A stretch of 64,000 nt of DNA from an uncultured Lentimicrobiaceae bacterium (GCA_964549335.1 CAZJUQ010000054.1:53663-117662), one strand, 5' to 3'; positions 1-8,915 are shown, counted from the first letter of the stretch. A program made the numbers and translations. Notes: generated by a model not told the origin, from the sequence alone.

Positions 1-68
1 TGCAAATTAGATATTAATTATCAAATTAATTGATTTATAATTTTTTAACAAAACATATACAACAAATC

Positions 69-389
69 ATGAAAGTATTAATAGCAGCAAAAGGAGAGGG
101 ATGGGATGCCCGTGTAAGCGACCGCTTCGGCAGAGCACCCGGATTTTCGTTGTACGACAGCGATACCGGCGAGTTAAAATGGTATTCCAACGAAGAGAAC
201 CTTAATGCCGAGCACGGCGTAGGTATTCAAGCGGCACAAACAGCGGTGAGTTTAAAAGCCGGCATGGTAATCACGGGAGGCAATTTCGGTCCGAAAGCAA
301 GCGAAGTACTCCAGCGGACAGGTGCCAAAATGATAGATTATGCAGGCGACATTACCGTAAAACAAGCCGTTGAAAAATACGTGAAATAA
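69..389 (+). CDS. NifB/NifX-family (FeMo-cofactor-biosynthesis-like) small stand-alone domain protein
   Basis: ORF 30..389; first ATG at 69 gives MKVLIAAKGEGWDARVSDRFGRAPGF...MVITGGNFGPKA. This is the ~105-aa NifX/NifB-C-terminal-like fold common in anaerobes. A hairpin follows at 410..441. Confidence 0.75.
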   Translation: MKVLIAAKGEGWDARVSDRFGRAPGFSLYDSDTGELKWYSNEENLNAEHGVGIQAAQTAVSLKAGMVITGGNFGPKASEVLQRTGAKMIDYAGDITVKQAVEKYVK

Positions 390-409
390 CAAAATGAGTT
401 TACAGGAAT

Positions 410-441
410 CAAAACAGCGGGGTCTTTACTCCGCTGTTTTG
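410..441. terminator. bidirectional hairpin between convergent genes
   Basis: CAAAACAGCGG (410-420) pairs with CCGCTGTTTTG (431-441): 11-bp perfect stem, 10-nt loop, T-rich 3' flank on both strands. The right arm overlaps the last codons of the minus-strand radical SAM gene. Confidence 0.6.
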
Positions 442-1370
442 TTTAACGAATAAAATATTCCCCTTGTTTCGCGCGTTGAAACAATTTTCTTTTCGTTTTC
501 GAGAACGTCAAGGTATTTGTTTATTTCGTTAATGTGCAAACCGAGGATTTTATTCAAATCGCTCAAGGTACAGGGACGCCTTTTTATGGTTTCCAAAATG
601 GCGTTTTCGGTATCGCTACGGTACGAAACAATGTTTTTCCTGTCGGGTGCGGCGGAAATTATTTTCACATAGGGCAAGTTCCAATAAGCGGCAATATGTT
701 TTAGTTCGGCACGGGTGGCAGCTCGAATGTTTTTACTTGTCCCCGGACGGTCGAGAGTGTTTAACTGAACCTCATCGGGGTTGATGGACAAAAAGGCTCT
801 TTTCAAAGCATCCAAATTACTCTCATTGTCGTTTACGCCGGGAAGAATAAGAACCTCAAGCCAAATTTTGCCTTTGAATTCCCTTCTGAAATCGACTATA
901 CCTTGTATGTACCTGTCAATATCAAGTTTACGGTGGGGACGGTTAATCTTTCTGAACGCATAATCTTCGGCAGCATCAAGCGAAGGCAAAACCACATCGG
1001 CATTTATCAACTGGCTTCTCACCTCCTTATCGTAAAGCAAAGTCCCGTTTGTTAAAACGGCAACAGGAATGTCGGAGGTTTTGTCTTTGATAAAATTCAG
1101 CACATCACCTATTCTGCTGTTCAATGTCGGCTCGCCCGATCCCGAAAATGTAATAAAATCGGGAGCGGGATTGTTTTTTAAATAGTGCTCTATCTCAGCG
1201 GTAACCTCATCGTAAGGAATATACTCCTTGCGGTTGAGAGTAAGCAGTGTTGTACGTCCGCATTCGCAATAGGAACAATTAAGCGAACATACCTTATGGG
1301 GCACCAAATCGACTCCCAACGACATTCCCAACCTTCGCGACGGTACCGGGCCAAACAGATATTTATACAT
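426..1370 (-). CDS. radical SAM protein with C-terminal winged-helix-like tail
   Basis: N-terminus GPVPSRRLGMSLGVDLVPHKVCSLNCSYCECG carries the CxxxCxxC 4Fe-4S/SAM motif. The last ~60 aa (TIKRRPCTLSDLNKILGLHINEINKYLDVLENEKKIV) read like a wHTH. Confidence 0.85.
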   Translation of the reverse strand: MYKYLFGPVPSRRLGMSLGVDLVPHKVCSLNCSYCECGRTTLLTLNRKEYIPYDEVTAEIEHYLKNNPAPDFITFSGSGEPTLNSRIGDVLNFIKDKTSDIPVAVLTNGTLLYDKEVRSQLINADVVLPSLDAAEDYAFRKINRPHRKLDIDRYIQGIVDFRREFKGKIWLEVLILPGVNDNESNLDALKRAFLSINPDEVQLNTLDRPGTSKNIRAATRAELKHIAAYWNLPYVKIISAAPDRKNIVSYRSDTENAILETIKRRPCTLSDLNKILGLHINEINKYLDVLENEKKIVSTRETRGIFYSLNKTAE

Positions 1371-1463
1371 AGTTGAAAATTTTAATCATTATCCATTTCT
1401 ATTGTTTTGCCGTTTAATACAGCGGTTATTAATACGTAATTGCCGTTAGCATTAAATACATCT

Positions 1464-2312
1464 CTATATTTTGTGCTCTTTTAACACTATACCGCCCTCT
1501 TTAACCGAAAGGTGGTCAGAGATAACTTTGCATTTTGCTTTCAACAGGAAAAACACTTGACGGTTACATGTTGACAAACCTTCGTAATTTCCTTGTCCTT
1601 TGCTTATTACAAGTCCGGCATTATCAAAAAGTTTGCGAAATCCGGCGTTACACATATCAAGTATAGTCCCCGGGGCTTCGCTGCCCGAGTCCACAATTTC
1701 AGCCACTTGGTCTATCCCCGAAGCTATTGCATCATCTTTTGTAACGTCATTTATAACAGGTTTGCTCCTGACGGCGTAATAAACAGGTTTATTTAACTGT
1801 TGTATTAAAATCTTATCAAAAACCGATTCGCCTGCGTTATCGGCAAGATACAATACATATTTGGCTTTGGCAAGCTGATTTTTAAAACCGTCGTAATCGA
1901 AAACGGCAAACTCTTTGGTCAATATCTCTTTTACATCACTAACAATATCAAACGATTTGTTTATACCCAAATCGATAACATTTCCGGCAATGGCAATGCG
2001 TATTGCGGTAAGCAATTTATCTTCCGAACGGTTTACTATTTCAACAAGTTCGGGAAAAATGGCTTTCGCCTCTTCAATGTGCCGTGCTTTTATTGCGGCA
2101 TAAGGGTCGTAAACTCCCGTATGTTTTTTTACAATATTGTAAACAAGCATTCCCGTTTCGGCAGGAGTATTTTGCATGGGAATATTCTTAATCAAATCTC
2201 CGGTTTCGTCCAATACCGCTTTTATGATTTTTTCGTCGTTTGTCGCCATTCTGCCGGCACGCAACGCCTGATTCATAAAACAAGGAATACACTCAAGGTA
2301 GGTTTTCATCAA
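1464..2312 (-). CDS. DUF89 / ARMT1-like damage-control phosphatase family protein
   Basis: MKTYLECIPCFMNQALRAGR... N-terminus and ~280-aa length are typical of DUF89. 4-nt ATGA overlap with the upstream VOC gene. Confidence 0.8.
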   Translation of the reverse strand: MMKTYLECIPCFMNQALRAGRMATNDEKIIKAVLDETGDLIKNIPMQNTPAETGMLVYNIVKKHTGVYDPYAAIKARHIEEAKAIFPELVEIVNRSEDKLLTAIRIAIAGNVIDLGINKSFDIVSDVKEILTKEFAVFDYDGFKNQLAKAKYVLYLADNAGESVFDKILIQQLNKPVYYAVRSKPVINDVTKDDAIASGIDQVAEIVDSGSEAPGTILDMCNAGFRKLFDNAGLVISKGQGNYEGLSTCNRQVFFLLKAKCKVISDHLSVKEGGIVLKEHKI

Positions 2313-2689
2313 CGTTTCTCTTTTAATTCAAAAATGTTTCCCGATTTGTCCTTCACAAAAATCAAATCGGGTTTGCCGGCACGCTCCTTTACCACTGTTT
2401 CGTAACCCGATTTGGCACATTGCCCGGCTATCTCATGCCTGTTATCAATCTCAATACATACATGGTTATAACCGCACTTAGCGGAGTTTTCATAAACAAA
2501 AAGTTCCAAAACCAAATCTTCATTCTTCAACAAAACAGATTTTACCGGCTTATTTATTCCGAAAATTTCGCCCGACAGCGAATTATTCAATTCAAAATCG
2601 TACTCTTTGACAAATCCCAATATACCAGTATAAAATGTATCAATCTCATTTTCAGATACAACATTTAGCCCTATATGATTAAGCATCAT
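2309..2689 (-). CDS. VOC (glyoxalase/bleomycin-resistance/dioxygenase) family protein
   Basis: MLNHIGLNVV...GYNHVCIEIDN...FVKDKSGNIFEL is a VOC-fold pattern. The ORF track starts at a TTG (2719); the first ATG is at 2689. Confidence 0.8.
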   Translation of the reverse strand: MMLNHIGLNVVSENEIDTFYTGILGFVKEYDFELNNSLSGEIFGINKPVKSVLLKNEDLVLELFVYENSAKCGYNHVCIEIDNRHEIAGQCAKSGYETVVKERAGKPDLIFVKDKSGNIFELKEKR

Positions 2690-2716
2690 CTTTCTTTTTG
2701 TAAAATTAGTTTTGCC

Positions 2717-2724
2717 CAAAAATA
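2717..2724 (-). promoter_or_regulatory. candidate Bacteroidota -7 box (TAnnTTTG)
   Basis: Minus strand reads TATTTTTG, 27 nt upstream of ATG 2689 and directly after the terminator T-run of the upstream gene. Confidence 0.45.
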
Positions 2725-2729
2725 TACAT

Positions 2730-2774
2730 TAAAAGAGAAAAAAGCCTGCAATAAATTATAATTGTTGCAGGCTT
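2730..2774 (-). terminator. rho-independent terminator of the DUF5320 gene
   Basis: AAGCCTGCAA (2742-2751) pairs with TTGCAGGCTT (2765-2774): 10-bp perfect stem. On the minus strand it is followed by TTTTTCTCTTTT and starts 5 nt after the stop codon. Confidence 0.7.
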
Positions 2775-2778
2775 AATG

Positions 2779-3000
2779 TCATTTTTTCAACAATTCTTCC
2801 CTGATCATTGTGTGTCCGCATTCGGGACATTTCAGGGTGGTGCACTTAACACCTTGCCGGTGCGGAACCTTTGCGCCGCATTTTGCACAAACACAATAGC
2901 CACCCACACCGAAACCTCCTCCTTTGTTTCTGCCGCGGCCTCCTCCCAGGCCAAGACCTTTGCCCTGACCGGTTCCGCTGTTTCTTCCAAAATTTACCAT
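2779..3000 (-). CDS. DUF5320-like small protein (Gly/Arg-rich N-terminus plus four-Cys ribbon)
   Basis: GRNSGTGQGKGLGLGGGRGRNKGGGFGVGG followed by CVCAKCG-x17-CPECGH. Has its own -7 box and terminator. Confidence 0.7.
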   Translation of the reverse strand: MVNFGRNSGTGQGKGLGLGGGRGRNKGGGFGVGGYCVCAKCGAKVPHRQGVKCTTLKCPECGHTMIREELLKK

Positions 3001-3024
3001 AACAACAATTTTTTAATTATTTTA

Positions 3025-3032
3025 CAAAAATA
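3025..3032 (-). promoter_or_regulatory. candidate -7 box (TAnnTTTG)
   Basis: Minus strand TATTTTTG, 24 nt upstream of ATG 3000. Confidence 0.45.
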
Positions 3033-3147
3033 GACATTATGAACATATGTTCGTTTAAATTTTAATATTTTTTTGTAACATTTTGCAACGCAAAAACGTC
3101 ATACCGGCAAACGAAACGAGAAGAGATAAAATTAAAAACAAAAAATC

Positions 3148-4734
3148 ATGAAAAAAATTTCGATAGTATTACTGCTTGGTGCCGCCATGATGTGGCAACC
3201 CGTCATTGCGCAGCGCAACATTAAAGGCAGCGGAAACATAACCGTTGAAGAGCGGAAAACAAGCGGTTTTTCGGGCATTAACGCCAACAGTGCCGATGAT
3301 GTGTCAATTTACATAAAGCCGGGGACCTATTCGGTAAAAGTTGAAACCGACGATAATTTGCAGGATAAGGTTTCGGTAAAGGTAAAAAACAGGGTTTTGG
3401 ATTTTTCATATTCCGGCATCACCCCCAGTAGATTACGGTTTTATGTTACGGCACCAGATATCAACATGATAAAAGCCTCGGGAGCATCTTCCGTAAAAAC
3501 CGCCGGTATCATAAGAACCTCAAAAATGAAAATAGATGGCAGCGGTGCCGCCGATATAAAGGTGGATATTATTGCCGAAGAACTTAACATTGACGGTAGC
3601 GGTGCCGCCGATATTAAAATAAACGGAAAAACAAAATTGATGCATATAGATGCAAGCGGTGCCGCCGATGTAAAAGCCGGAAATTGTATGGCCGATTCCA
3701 TTATTGCAAAAGCAAGCGGAGCAGCAACCGTAAGGGTAAATCCCATTAACTATTTAAAGAAAAATGTTAGCGGTGCCGCCGAAATAAAAATCAGGGAATC
3801 TACAACCAGCAACAGTTTGGAAATTAGTAACGGTGACAAATCAAATCAAATAGTAATTAATTCAAACGTAGGAATTCCATATGCCGATGCCGATACCACG
3901 GATATCAAGATTGGCTCGATAGAGGTTACGGTTATTGAGGGCGACACAACAAAAATAAAGGTGGGCAACCATGTATTGATAGTTGACGATGATGGTGACG
4001 TAAATATAAAAAGGTGCAAGCCTTCGCGTTTTAACGGGCACTGGGGAGGAGTTGAATTGGGTATAAACGGATATTTGACACCCGATTTCGATGCCAATTT
4101 CGGAAAAAAATACGACTACTTGACTTTGCGCTACGAAAAATCAATCGCCGTAAATCTTAACCTTTGGGAACAAGATTTTTCGTTAAACAGGGCAAAAACC
4201 ATAGGTTTTATCACCGGTTTGGGATTTTCGTTTAATAATTACAGATTTACGCAGCCCACATATTTGTCGCCCGACAGTTTAAATCTTTCGGGTTTTTATA
4301 TGTCGGGAGTATCCGTTCGTAAAACGAAACTCACATCCATGTACCTGTCCATGCCCCTCATATTCGAGATACAGACAAATAATCCGCGCCAAAGCAAACG
4401 TTTACACTTTGCCGTGGGTGCCATATTAAACGCACGCCTCCGTACTCACACCAAGATATATTTTAACGAAGCCAACAAAAAATACAGGCTTGAAGATCCC
4501 GAGACGGGAATACCGAGTTTCAATTACTACACAACCCCGAATAACAACAACAGAAATATCGTTAAAAGTTTCGACAGTTTCAGTTTACAACCGTTCAGAG
4601 TTGATGCCACGGTTAGAATGGGATTCGGTCCCATCAACATTTTTGCCAATTACGGATTAACACGCATGTTTCAAAAAGGACGAGGTCCCGAACTTAATAA
4701 TTGGGAAGTCGGGATTTCGCTTGCGGGATGGTAA
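3148..4734 (+). CDS. DUF2807 (adhesin head GIN domain) protein fused to a C-terminal putative outer-membrane beta-barrel
   Basis: Signal peptide MKKISIVLLLGAAMMWQPVIAQ. Repeated rungs IKASGASSVKT / IDGSGAADIKV / IDGSGAADIKI / IDASGAADVKA / AKASGAATVRV / VSGAAEIKI. The C-terminal ~230 aa has alternating aromatic/Gly beta-strand patterns and ends in W. Confidence 0.75.
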   Translation: MKKISIVLLLGAAMMWQPVIAQRNIKGSGNITVEERKTSGFSGINANSADDVSIYIKPGTYSVKVETDDNLQDKVSVKVKNRVLDFSYSGITPSRLRFYVTAPDINMIKASGASSVKTAGIIRTSKMKIDGSGAADIKVDIIAEELNIDGSGAADIKINGKTKLMHIDASGAADVKAGNCMADSIIAKASGAATVRVNPINYLKKNVSGAAEIKIRESTTSNSLEISNGDKSNQIVINSNVGIPYADADTTDIKIGSIEVTVIEGDTTKIKVGNHVLIVDDDGDVNIKRCKPSRFNGHWGGVELGINGYLTPDFDANFGKKYDYLTLRYEKSIAVNLNLWEQDFSLNRAKTIGFITGLGFSFNNYRFTQPTYLSPDSLNLSGFYMSGVSVRKTKLTSMYLSMPLIFEIQTNNPRQSKRLHFAVGAILNARLRTHTKIYFNEANKKYRLEDPETGIPSFNYYTTPNNNNRNIVKSFDSFSLQPFRVDATVRMGFGPINIFANYGLTRMFQKGRGPELNNWEVGISLAGW

Positions 4735-4743
4735 ATTTTCCGG

Positions 4744-6645
4744 TTATAAAATTGTTTTGCTAACCTTTCTCCTTGTATCTTCAATGGCGGTATCGGTACC
4801 GAAAACGTGTAAAATATCGCCGAGTTGAAAAACAGTTTCGCCGTGAGGGATGTAATATGTCTCACGGCGTTTTATCATCATCAGTATGGCATCTTGATGA
4901 AAATGAATATCTTTTACGTGCAAACCGTCAATTTTTACATTTTCCACAGGAATCTCTTCAACACTGAAATTTTCGAACGACTCGATAAGCTGGTGGTATG
5001 TTGTGGGACGGTAAATAAGATTTTCGTAGGTGGTTGCCAAAATACGCCTTACATCCACCGTTTCGACATTAAGTATTTTCAGACGCTTTTCAATTTTTAA
5101 CGAATCGGCACGCGAAATGATATTTTCATGCCCCAAACCGTTTCGCAAAAGTTTGCTTATTGCAATGTTTTGTTCGTCGTTTCCTGTATCCACCACAACA
5201 TATTCGCGGGGTTTCAGGTTTAATTTTTTATAAACGGAGGCATCAAGTCCGTCGCCCAATACACAAACGATACCCTTTTTCAATATCTCTTTGTAACGTT
5301 TTTCGTCTTTTTCGAGAATAACAGCCCTCTTCCCGTGCAAATTCAATTTGCGTACAAGCAACACTCCCGTACTACTCCCTCCTATTATCAATGTTTTCAC
5401 CCCTTTTATTTTATCATCGGGAAAAACGGCATTGAAAATAACGGGCGACAAAAAACAGGTTATTATGGCCATAATGATAAAAGAGGAATTTATTCCCGGG
5501 GTAATCACTCCGAGGTCGAGACCAATGGCAGAGGCGGCAATTATCAAACTTAACCTCGACGACATGAGGAACCCTGCGGCAAGCGATTTTTTTGTGCCGA
5601 ATTTTCTTTTCCAGAAAAACGAAGGAGCAATCTTTATCAAAAACATAAAAACAAGCAATAGCAATAAAAACAACAGCAACGAGTTGTCGAACTCAAGTAA
5701 TGCTCCCGGGTCGAACTCAACGCCCACCATTATGAAAAACACGGGAATAAAAAAGCCGTATCCCATGCCGTCAAGTTTTATCATTAATGCCGACCGTTCT
5801 TTATGCAACAGGGTCGACATTATCAAGCCGCTTAAAAATGCACCGAGCAATATTACCTCTTCGCCTATATACTGCGATATAACCACAAAAATCAAAATAA
5901 GAACTATAACCCCCCGTATTCTTATTTGCGAAACGGCATGCGAAAGTTGAAATGCAAATTTTTTAAAAAGAGGTATTCTCTTTATCCTGTTTCCGGCATT
6001 GTAAAAAAGAAGAAAAACCAAAAACAATCCTATTATGTATAACAGTTCCCACTTAAATCCGAATTTGATGGTGTATGCCGTGAAAGTAAACAAAAGAATA
6101 CTGAAAATATCGGCAATTGCCGCCGCCAAAATAATGGCTTGCCCGAAACGTGTCGACAACTCGCCCCTGCTTTTCAAAATGGGCAATACAATACCTACCG
6201 ATGTGGTTACCATTATCAACGAAAAATACCACAAATGGGGAATATCGATAATAAATGATAACAAAAGCGTTGAGACATATGATATTAACAACGCAAATAC
6301 AAAATGCAATATGCCCGTTACCAGTGAATTGTCGAGCAATTTTACCTTCCCTCTGTTCCGCTTGGGAAACGATGAAACTATTTGGTCAACATCAATCTCC
6401 AAACCGCTTAAAAACATAAGGAATACAAAACCCGACAAAGCCAAAAATTCAAGTATATGAAAACTGTCGGTATTGTGCGACTTGAAAAAAAGAACACCTA
6501 TAAGGTAACCTGAAATTATTTCAACAATTACCGAAGGTATTTTGCGTAAATTGAATACAGACAATAGCAACGGAACTGTCCACGCTACCAGCATAACTAT
6601 CAACAAGGGCAAAAAATCGAAATGAAAAGAGATATTTATCAACAT
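4744..6645 (-). CDS. cation:proton antiporter (Kef/CPA2-like) with TrkA-N and TrkA-C regulatory domains
   Basis: ~400 aa of multi-pass membrane sequence, then a Rossmann segment TLIIGGSSTGVLLVRKLNLHGKRAVILEKD and a C-terminal TrkA-C-like segment. The ORF track starts at a TTG (6684); the first ATG is at 6645. Confidence 0.85.
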   Translation of the reverse strand: MLINISFHFDFLPLLIVMLVAWTVPLLLSVFNLRKIPSVIVEIISGYLIGVLFFKSHNTDSFHILEFLALSGFVFLMFLSGLEIDVDQIVSSFPKRNRGKVKLLDNSLVTGILHFVFALLISYVSTLLLSFIIDIPHLWYFSLIMVTTSVGIVLPILKSRGELSTRFGQAIILAAAIADIFSILLFTFTAYTIKFGFKWELLYIIGLFLVFLLFYNAGNRIKRIPLFKKFAFQLSHAVSQIRIRGVIVLILIFVVISQYIGEEVILLGAFLSGLIMSTLLHKERSALMIKLDGMGYGFFIPVFFIMVGVEFDPGALLEFDNSLLLFLLLLLVFMFLIKIAPSFFWKRKFGTKKSLAAGFLMSSRLSLIIAASAIGLDLGVITPGINSSFIIMAIITCFLSPVIFNAVFPDDKIKGVKTLIIGGSSTGVLLVRKLNLHGKRAVILEKDEKRYKEILKKGIVCVLGDGLDASVYKKLNLKPREYVVVDTGNDEQNIAISKLLRNGLGHENIISRADSLKIEKRLKILNVETVDVRRILATTYENLIYRPTTYHQLIESFENFSVEEIPVENVKIDGLHVKDIHFHQDAILMMIKRRETYYIPHGETVFQLGDILHVFGTDTAIEDTRRKVSKTIL

Positions 6646-6772
6646 ATACAGTACTGTTTTTCCGTTAGTACAAAGAAACAACAAATAACATTACATTCGT
6701 GATACCGTTTACCGCTTCCCCATTTTTCAAGGCAATTCGCTCATATTGTGTTGTATCCATTAATTAATTATT

Positions 6773-6780
6773 TATCTTTG
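6773..6780 (+). promoter_or_regulatory. candidate -7 box (TAnnTTTG)
   Basis: TATCTTTG, 46 nt upstream of ATG 6827. Confidence 0.45.
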
Positions 6781-6826
6781 TAACAAAAAAAGAAGAATTT
6801 TTTAATTAATTAAATCACAATGCGTT

Positions 6827-7111
6827 ATGGATAAAAACAACAAACTTTTGAAGTGGACACTTATTTTGCTGACCATCGGAGTATGGATATTGGTTTTTCA
6901 AAATGCCGGCATTTTTCCCAGAATGTCACCCCAAATTGTTGCCGTTGACAGTGCTTTATTGATAAAAGGCGAAGTGGACGTTAACAATACGGTTTTTGTC
7001 AAAGGTTCTGTTGACGCCAATATCGAAAGCATAAACGGATACAGTAAATTTTACAAAGACCCGAGAACAGGAGAATTTTACGTTTTACCCGTAACCGACC
7101 CTTATCAATAA
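6827..7111 (+). CDS. hypothetical small membrane-anchored protein
   Basis: One N-terminal TM helix (WTLILLTIGVWILVFQNAGIF). -7 box upstream; 22 nt before the TPR/LuxR gene. No family recognised. Confidence 0.55.
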   Translation: MDKNNKLLKWTLILLTIGVWILVFQNAGIFPRMSPQIVAVDSALLIKGEVDVNNTVFVKGSVDANIESINGYSKFYKDPRTGEFYVLPVTDPYQ

Positions 7112-7133
7112 ATCAAAACAAGAATAACCGGCG

Positions 7134-8906
7134 ATGAGAGTTTATTTCTGGGGACTTATATTATTGTTTTTCATTATCCGAAATGTAACATTTTCTCAAA
7201 CCGCTGTTATCACAACTTCTATAAGCGACACTACCGGACAAAACAGTGCCGAAATTTTATATAAAAAAGCCGTCTCGTTCTTTCCGTACGATATAGAACG
7301 TACTTTGCATTTTAACAAGCTCGCCCTCAAAATGGTTAACCCCAAAACCGAACCATTGCTTAATGCCAACATTAACAAGTTAATGGGCGACATATTCGAA
7401 AAGAAAAACAGCATTCAACCGGCAATAAATTATTATCTTATCAGTGCCAAAATATTCAAAAGGATTAACAATGCCGGCAATTTGTGCCGTGTTTATGAAC
7501 GGCTCGGCAAAATGTATTACCGCGACAACTACAATTTGAAAAACGCACTCGATTACTACTACAAAGCCCTGGAAATTGCCACCTCGTTAAACGATAACTC
7601 TTTGATTGCCGAAATATACAACAACATAGGAGGTATTCTGTTTAACCAAAACAACATAGACGAAGCATACGAATATTTTAAAAAAGCTCTTAAACTGTGG
7701 AAAAACGAAAACAACATCATGGGAACGGCAAGGGCATTCAATAACATCGGCGAAATTTTCAGAAAACGTAAAATGTTCGACAAAGCGGAAGAGTATTACA
7801 ACAAAAGCCTTTCGATAAACAAAAAACATAACAACATCACATTTATGGCCGTCAATTTTCAAAATCTCGGAATTTTAAAATCGGAGACGGGAAAACATGA
7901 CGAAGCACTTAACTATTTTTTGAAAAGCATTGAGCTGTACAAAAACCAAAGCGATGAAAATAACGTGCTTAAAGTAATGTTGTTGTTGGGCAAAGAGTAC
8001 GATATTCTTAAAAACCACAAAAAAGCTTATGAAATTTTAAACAACGTTTATCAAATTGCCAAAAAAAACAACAATTGGGATTTAATAGCCTCGTCGGCCA
8101 AAGGATTAAGCAACGTTTTGGAGCATTGGGGCAATTCGGGCAAAGCATTGAAATATTATAAAATCTACTCGGAATTTAACGATTCGATAAATTTTAAAAA
8201 ACAAAACAAACTGCTCGAAGACCTGCAGATGCGTTTTATTAACGACATCAAAGAGAAAGAGCTGTCGTTAAAAGACAAAGAGATAGCACTTCTGAAAAGC
8301 GACAAGAAAGTCCGCCAATTGCAAAATTCAATACTTATTGCCGGATTTTTTGTTCTTATTATAATTTCGGTACTGCTTATTTCGCGTTACAAATCGCAAT
8401 TTCAAAAAGAGCGTCTGTTAAGTATTAAAAACGCTGAACTGCATAAAGCCCAACAAGAACTTATGGAACTGGAAATAAAAAGCAAAAACAACGATTTGGC
8501 AAATTTCGCACTGCATATTGTTGAAAAAAATAACTTTTTGCGCGAAATACGCAAACAGCTGAAAGAGCTTAACAAATATCCCGAAAATGTCAAGGACAAA
8601 AAAATTAACGAGCTAATAATAACCGTACAACAAAATTTACAAATACAGGAAGAGTTAAAGGAGTTCCGTTATAAAGTGGACCAAACATATCAAGGATTTT
8701 TCGAACGGTTAAAAACAAAACTCCCCACAATAACAAAAAACGAAGAACGGTTATGTGCCCTTTTGCGCCTTAACCTTTCGTCGAAAGAGATTGCGGCTTT
8801 GAACAACACATCGGTAAAAGCCGTTGAAATGAGCCGTTACCGGTTGCGTAAAAAATGTAAAATAGCAAACGACGAAAACCTGTGCGATTATCTTGAAAAA
8901 ATTTAA
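7134..8906 (+). CDS. membrane-anchored TPR-repeat regulator with C-terminal LuxR-type HTH
   Basis: Signal/anchor N-terminus; multiple TPR-like repeats (AxxYYxKAL...); internal TM (ILIAGFFVLIIISVLLISRY); coiled coil. C-terminus LTKNEERLCALLRLNLSSKEIAALNNTSVKAVEMSRYRLRKK is a LuxR/GerE HTH. Confidence 0.8.
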   Translation: MRVYFWGLILLFFIIRNVTFSQTAVITTSISDTTGQNSAEILYKKAVSFFPYDIERTLHFNKLALKMVNPKTEPLLNANINKLMGDIFEKKNSIQPAINYYLISAKIFKRINNAGNLCRVYERLGKMYYRDNYNLKNALDYYYKALEIATSLNDNSLIAEIYNNIGGILFNQNNIDEAYEYFKKALKLWKNENNIMGTARAFNNIGEIFRKRKMFDKAEEYYNKSLSINKKHNNITFMAVNFQNLGILKSETGKHDEALNYFLKSIELYKNQSDENNVLKVMLLLGKEYDILKNHKKAYEILNNVYQIAKKNNNWDLIASSAKGLSNVLEHWGNSGKALKYYKIYSEFNDSINFKKQNKLLEDLQMRFINDIKEKELSLKDKEIALLKSDKKVRQLQNSILIAGFFVLIIISVLLISRYKSQFQKERLLSIKNAELHKAQQELMELEIKSKNNDLANFALHIVEKNNFLREIRKQLKELNKYPENVKDKKINELIITVQQNLQIQEELKEFRYKVDQTYQGFFERLKTKLPTITKNEERLCALLRLNLSSKEIAALNNTSVKAVEMSRYRLRKKCKIANDENLCDYLEKI

Positions 8907-8915
8907 TACGCTTTT

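Noticed and set aside
69-389. Reading the NifX/NifB-like gene as evidence of nitrogen fixation
   Set aside because: No nifHDK, nifEN or nifB radical SAM domain is in the window. Stand-alone NifX-like domains are widespread in non-diazotrophic anaerobes.
2413-2427. TGGCAC sequence as a sigma-54 -24 element
   Set aside because: It lies inside the VOC coding region, and the required GC/TTGC -12 element is not at the correct 10-11 nt spacing.
3480-3800. Periodic DNA repeats (AGCGGTGCCGCCGA about every 57-60 nt) as a CRISPR-like or tandem-repeat element
   Set aside because: They are in frame within the DUF2807 gene and encode the repeated SGAAD beta-helix rungs. The spacers between them are also coding.
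5348-5950. 200-aa ORF antisense to the cation:proton antiporter, and many similar shadow ORFs (for example 27094..27630, 31185..31667, 33598..34137, 34543..35226, 39737..40282, 43357..43923, 60479..60910)
   Set aside because: Each lies wholly inside, and opposite to, a gene with strong family-level motifs. The translations are low-complexity or Cys/Phe/Arg-rich, as expected for antisense frames of AT-rich coding DNA.
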